DNA of 64,000 nt from Glaucostegus cemiculus. Its lineage: Eukaryota. How positions within the stretch are numbered: the first letter of the stretch is position 1; every line of letters begins with the position of its first letter. Below are positions 62,907-64,000 of the stretch, one piece after another. The stretch covers positions 23,932,001 through 23,996,000 of the forward strand of contig CDPCPM010000010.1 of assembly GCA_976551045.1 (NCBI GenBank), given 5' to 3'. The notes below the pieces were generated by a model. It searched no databases and was not told where the DNA came from. It worked only from the letters and a program-made list of their open reading frames with translations. Position numbers and translations under genes: made by a program.

Positions 62907-64000
62907 TAAATTATGAGTGCTTGAAAAATCAAGTTGTTATTTTTTTCCTCCTCTACCTGCTACTCCAATCCGGAAGGAGCCTGGCACATCAAAGTTCATC
63001 GGCTTGCCCCGGGGTTAATGGCTGAAGCAGGTGTGAACGTAAGAGAATGAGCTACAGGCACATCATACATTGTTTCCCAATGAAACCCAAGATAGAGAAC
63101 TGCTTTCTGAACTCCCTGAGCAGGTTAAGCTTCTGCTGTGAGCCCCTCTCCGGCCTCACTCAGAAGTTTGCCCAAGTAAAACATTAACTGATTCTCTCAG
63201 TTATGCTATATGGCAAGGATTATACCTATTAATGCACCCATGTCCAGAAGGAACTGGTTTGTAGAGAAGCCTTGAAGTAGAAAAAAAATGTCCTTCAACA
63301 CTTGCCATATGATTTCGGGTAGATTTCTGAAGGTTGGAATTATTATAAAGAGCCACAACTCCCAGTAGAATCGCGGCCATAGCCAGAAGAAATCAAGCCA
63401 CAACTAACAGCACGCAATGATCTCTTGGTATCCCTTGTTGTGGAGGAAAGCTTTTTCCATTGCTGTGTTCAAAAGCTACAGAACAACAGCACTGGCACCC
63501 AGTCAGCATTAACAGAAGGACATGCCTGCCTTACATACTTTTGGTGGATATCCACTGTGTGTGCTTCAACTCCATTGTCAATATAATGTCCAGTGAAAAT
63601 TGTCTCATAAATCGTTGTGTGCATTTCAGGTTAAATTTTGCTGCCAGTTTATCAGTGTAACAGTCATCTGATATTCCTCCATATGTTGTGAAATATTACT
63701 GAAATTACATGTATTACACCTCAATTATAGCAAATAGGATTGATGATGGTAGCTTTATTTTAAAAAGCAGCCATAAATAGATGTACATAAAGCTAGTGTG
63801 TATTTACAAAGTGAGAAGAAAAAGTCTATCATTATTGTAAATGACATTCCAAGATATACAAACTGCAATATCTATGAATACAAACTGATAATTGAGAAGC
63901 AACTTACATTTAAGGGTTGTCTTTATTGCAGTAAAATGCCTCAACATGCATCACAAGAGTATTGATAAACAAAATTTGACAACCAGCCACATGAGAAGAA

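Overview
This is vertebrate nuclear DNA. The repeat content (HE1-type V-SINEs, HER1/CR1 LINEs, Deu-domain SINEs) points to a cartilaginous fish, probably a ray or sawfish (inference). The window holds nearly all of one minus-strand SEPT6-group septin gene, best read as septin-8. Nine coding exons with GT-AG boundaries (30/115/196/187/162/97/169/133/191 nt) run from an ATG at 54487 down to 2578. Intron 1 is about 35.9 kb, and the terminal exon is unresolved. A CpG-rich promoter with a ZNF143/THAP11-type motif lies around 53.4-55.3 kb. The rest is mostly decayed retroelements: CR1 (one with an SGNH-esterase ORF1), Rex1/Babar, RTE, Tx1, a Penelope-like element, V-SINEs and DeuSINEs, often nested inside one another. 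The most interesting non-genic signal is about 10 short copies of the Penelope 3'/pLTR segment. Most carry a minimal hammerhead-ribozyme core (CTGANGA...GAAAC), and several are arranged as fold-back palindromes without coding sequence. Most ORFs in the supplied track are repeat debris or noise. No prokaryotic-type system is present. All homology calls are from recalled sequences, not from database searches.
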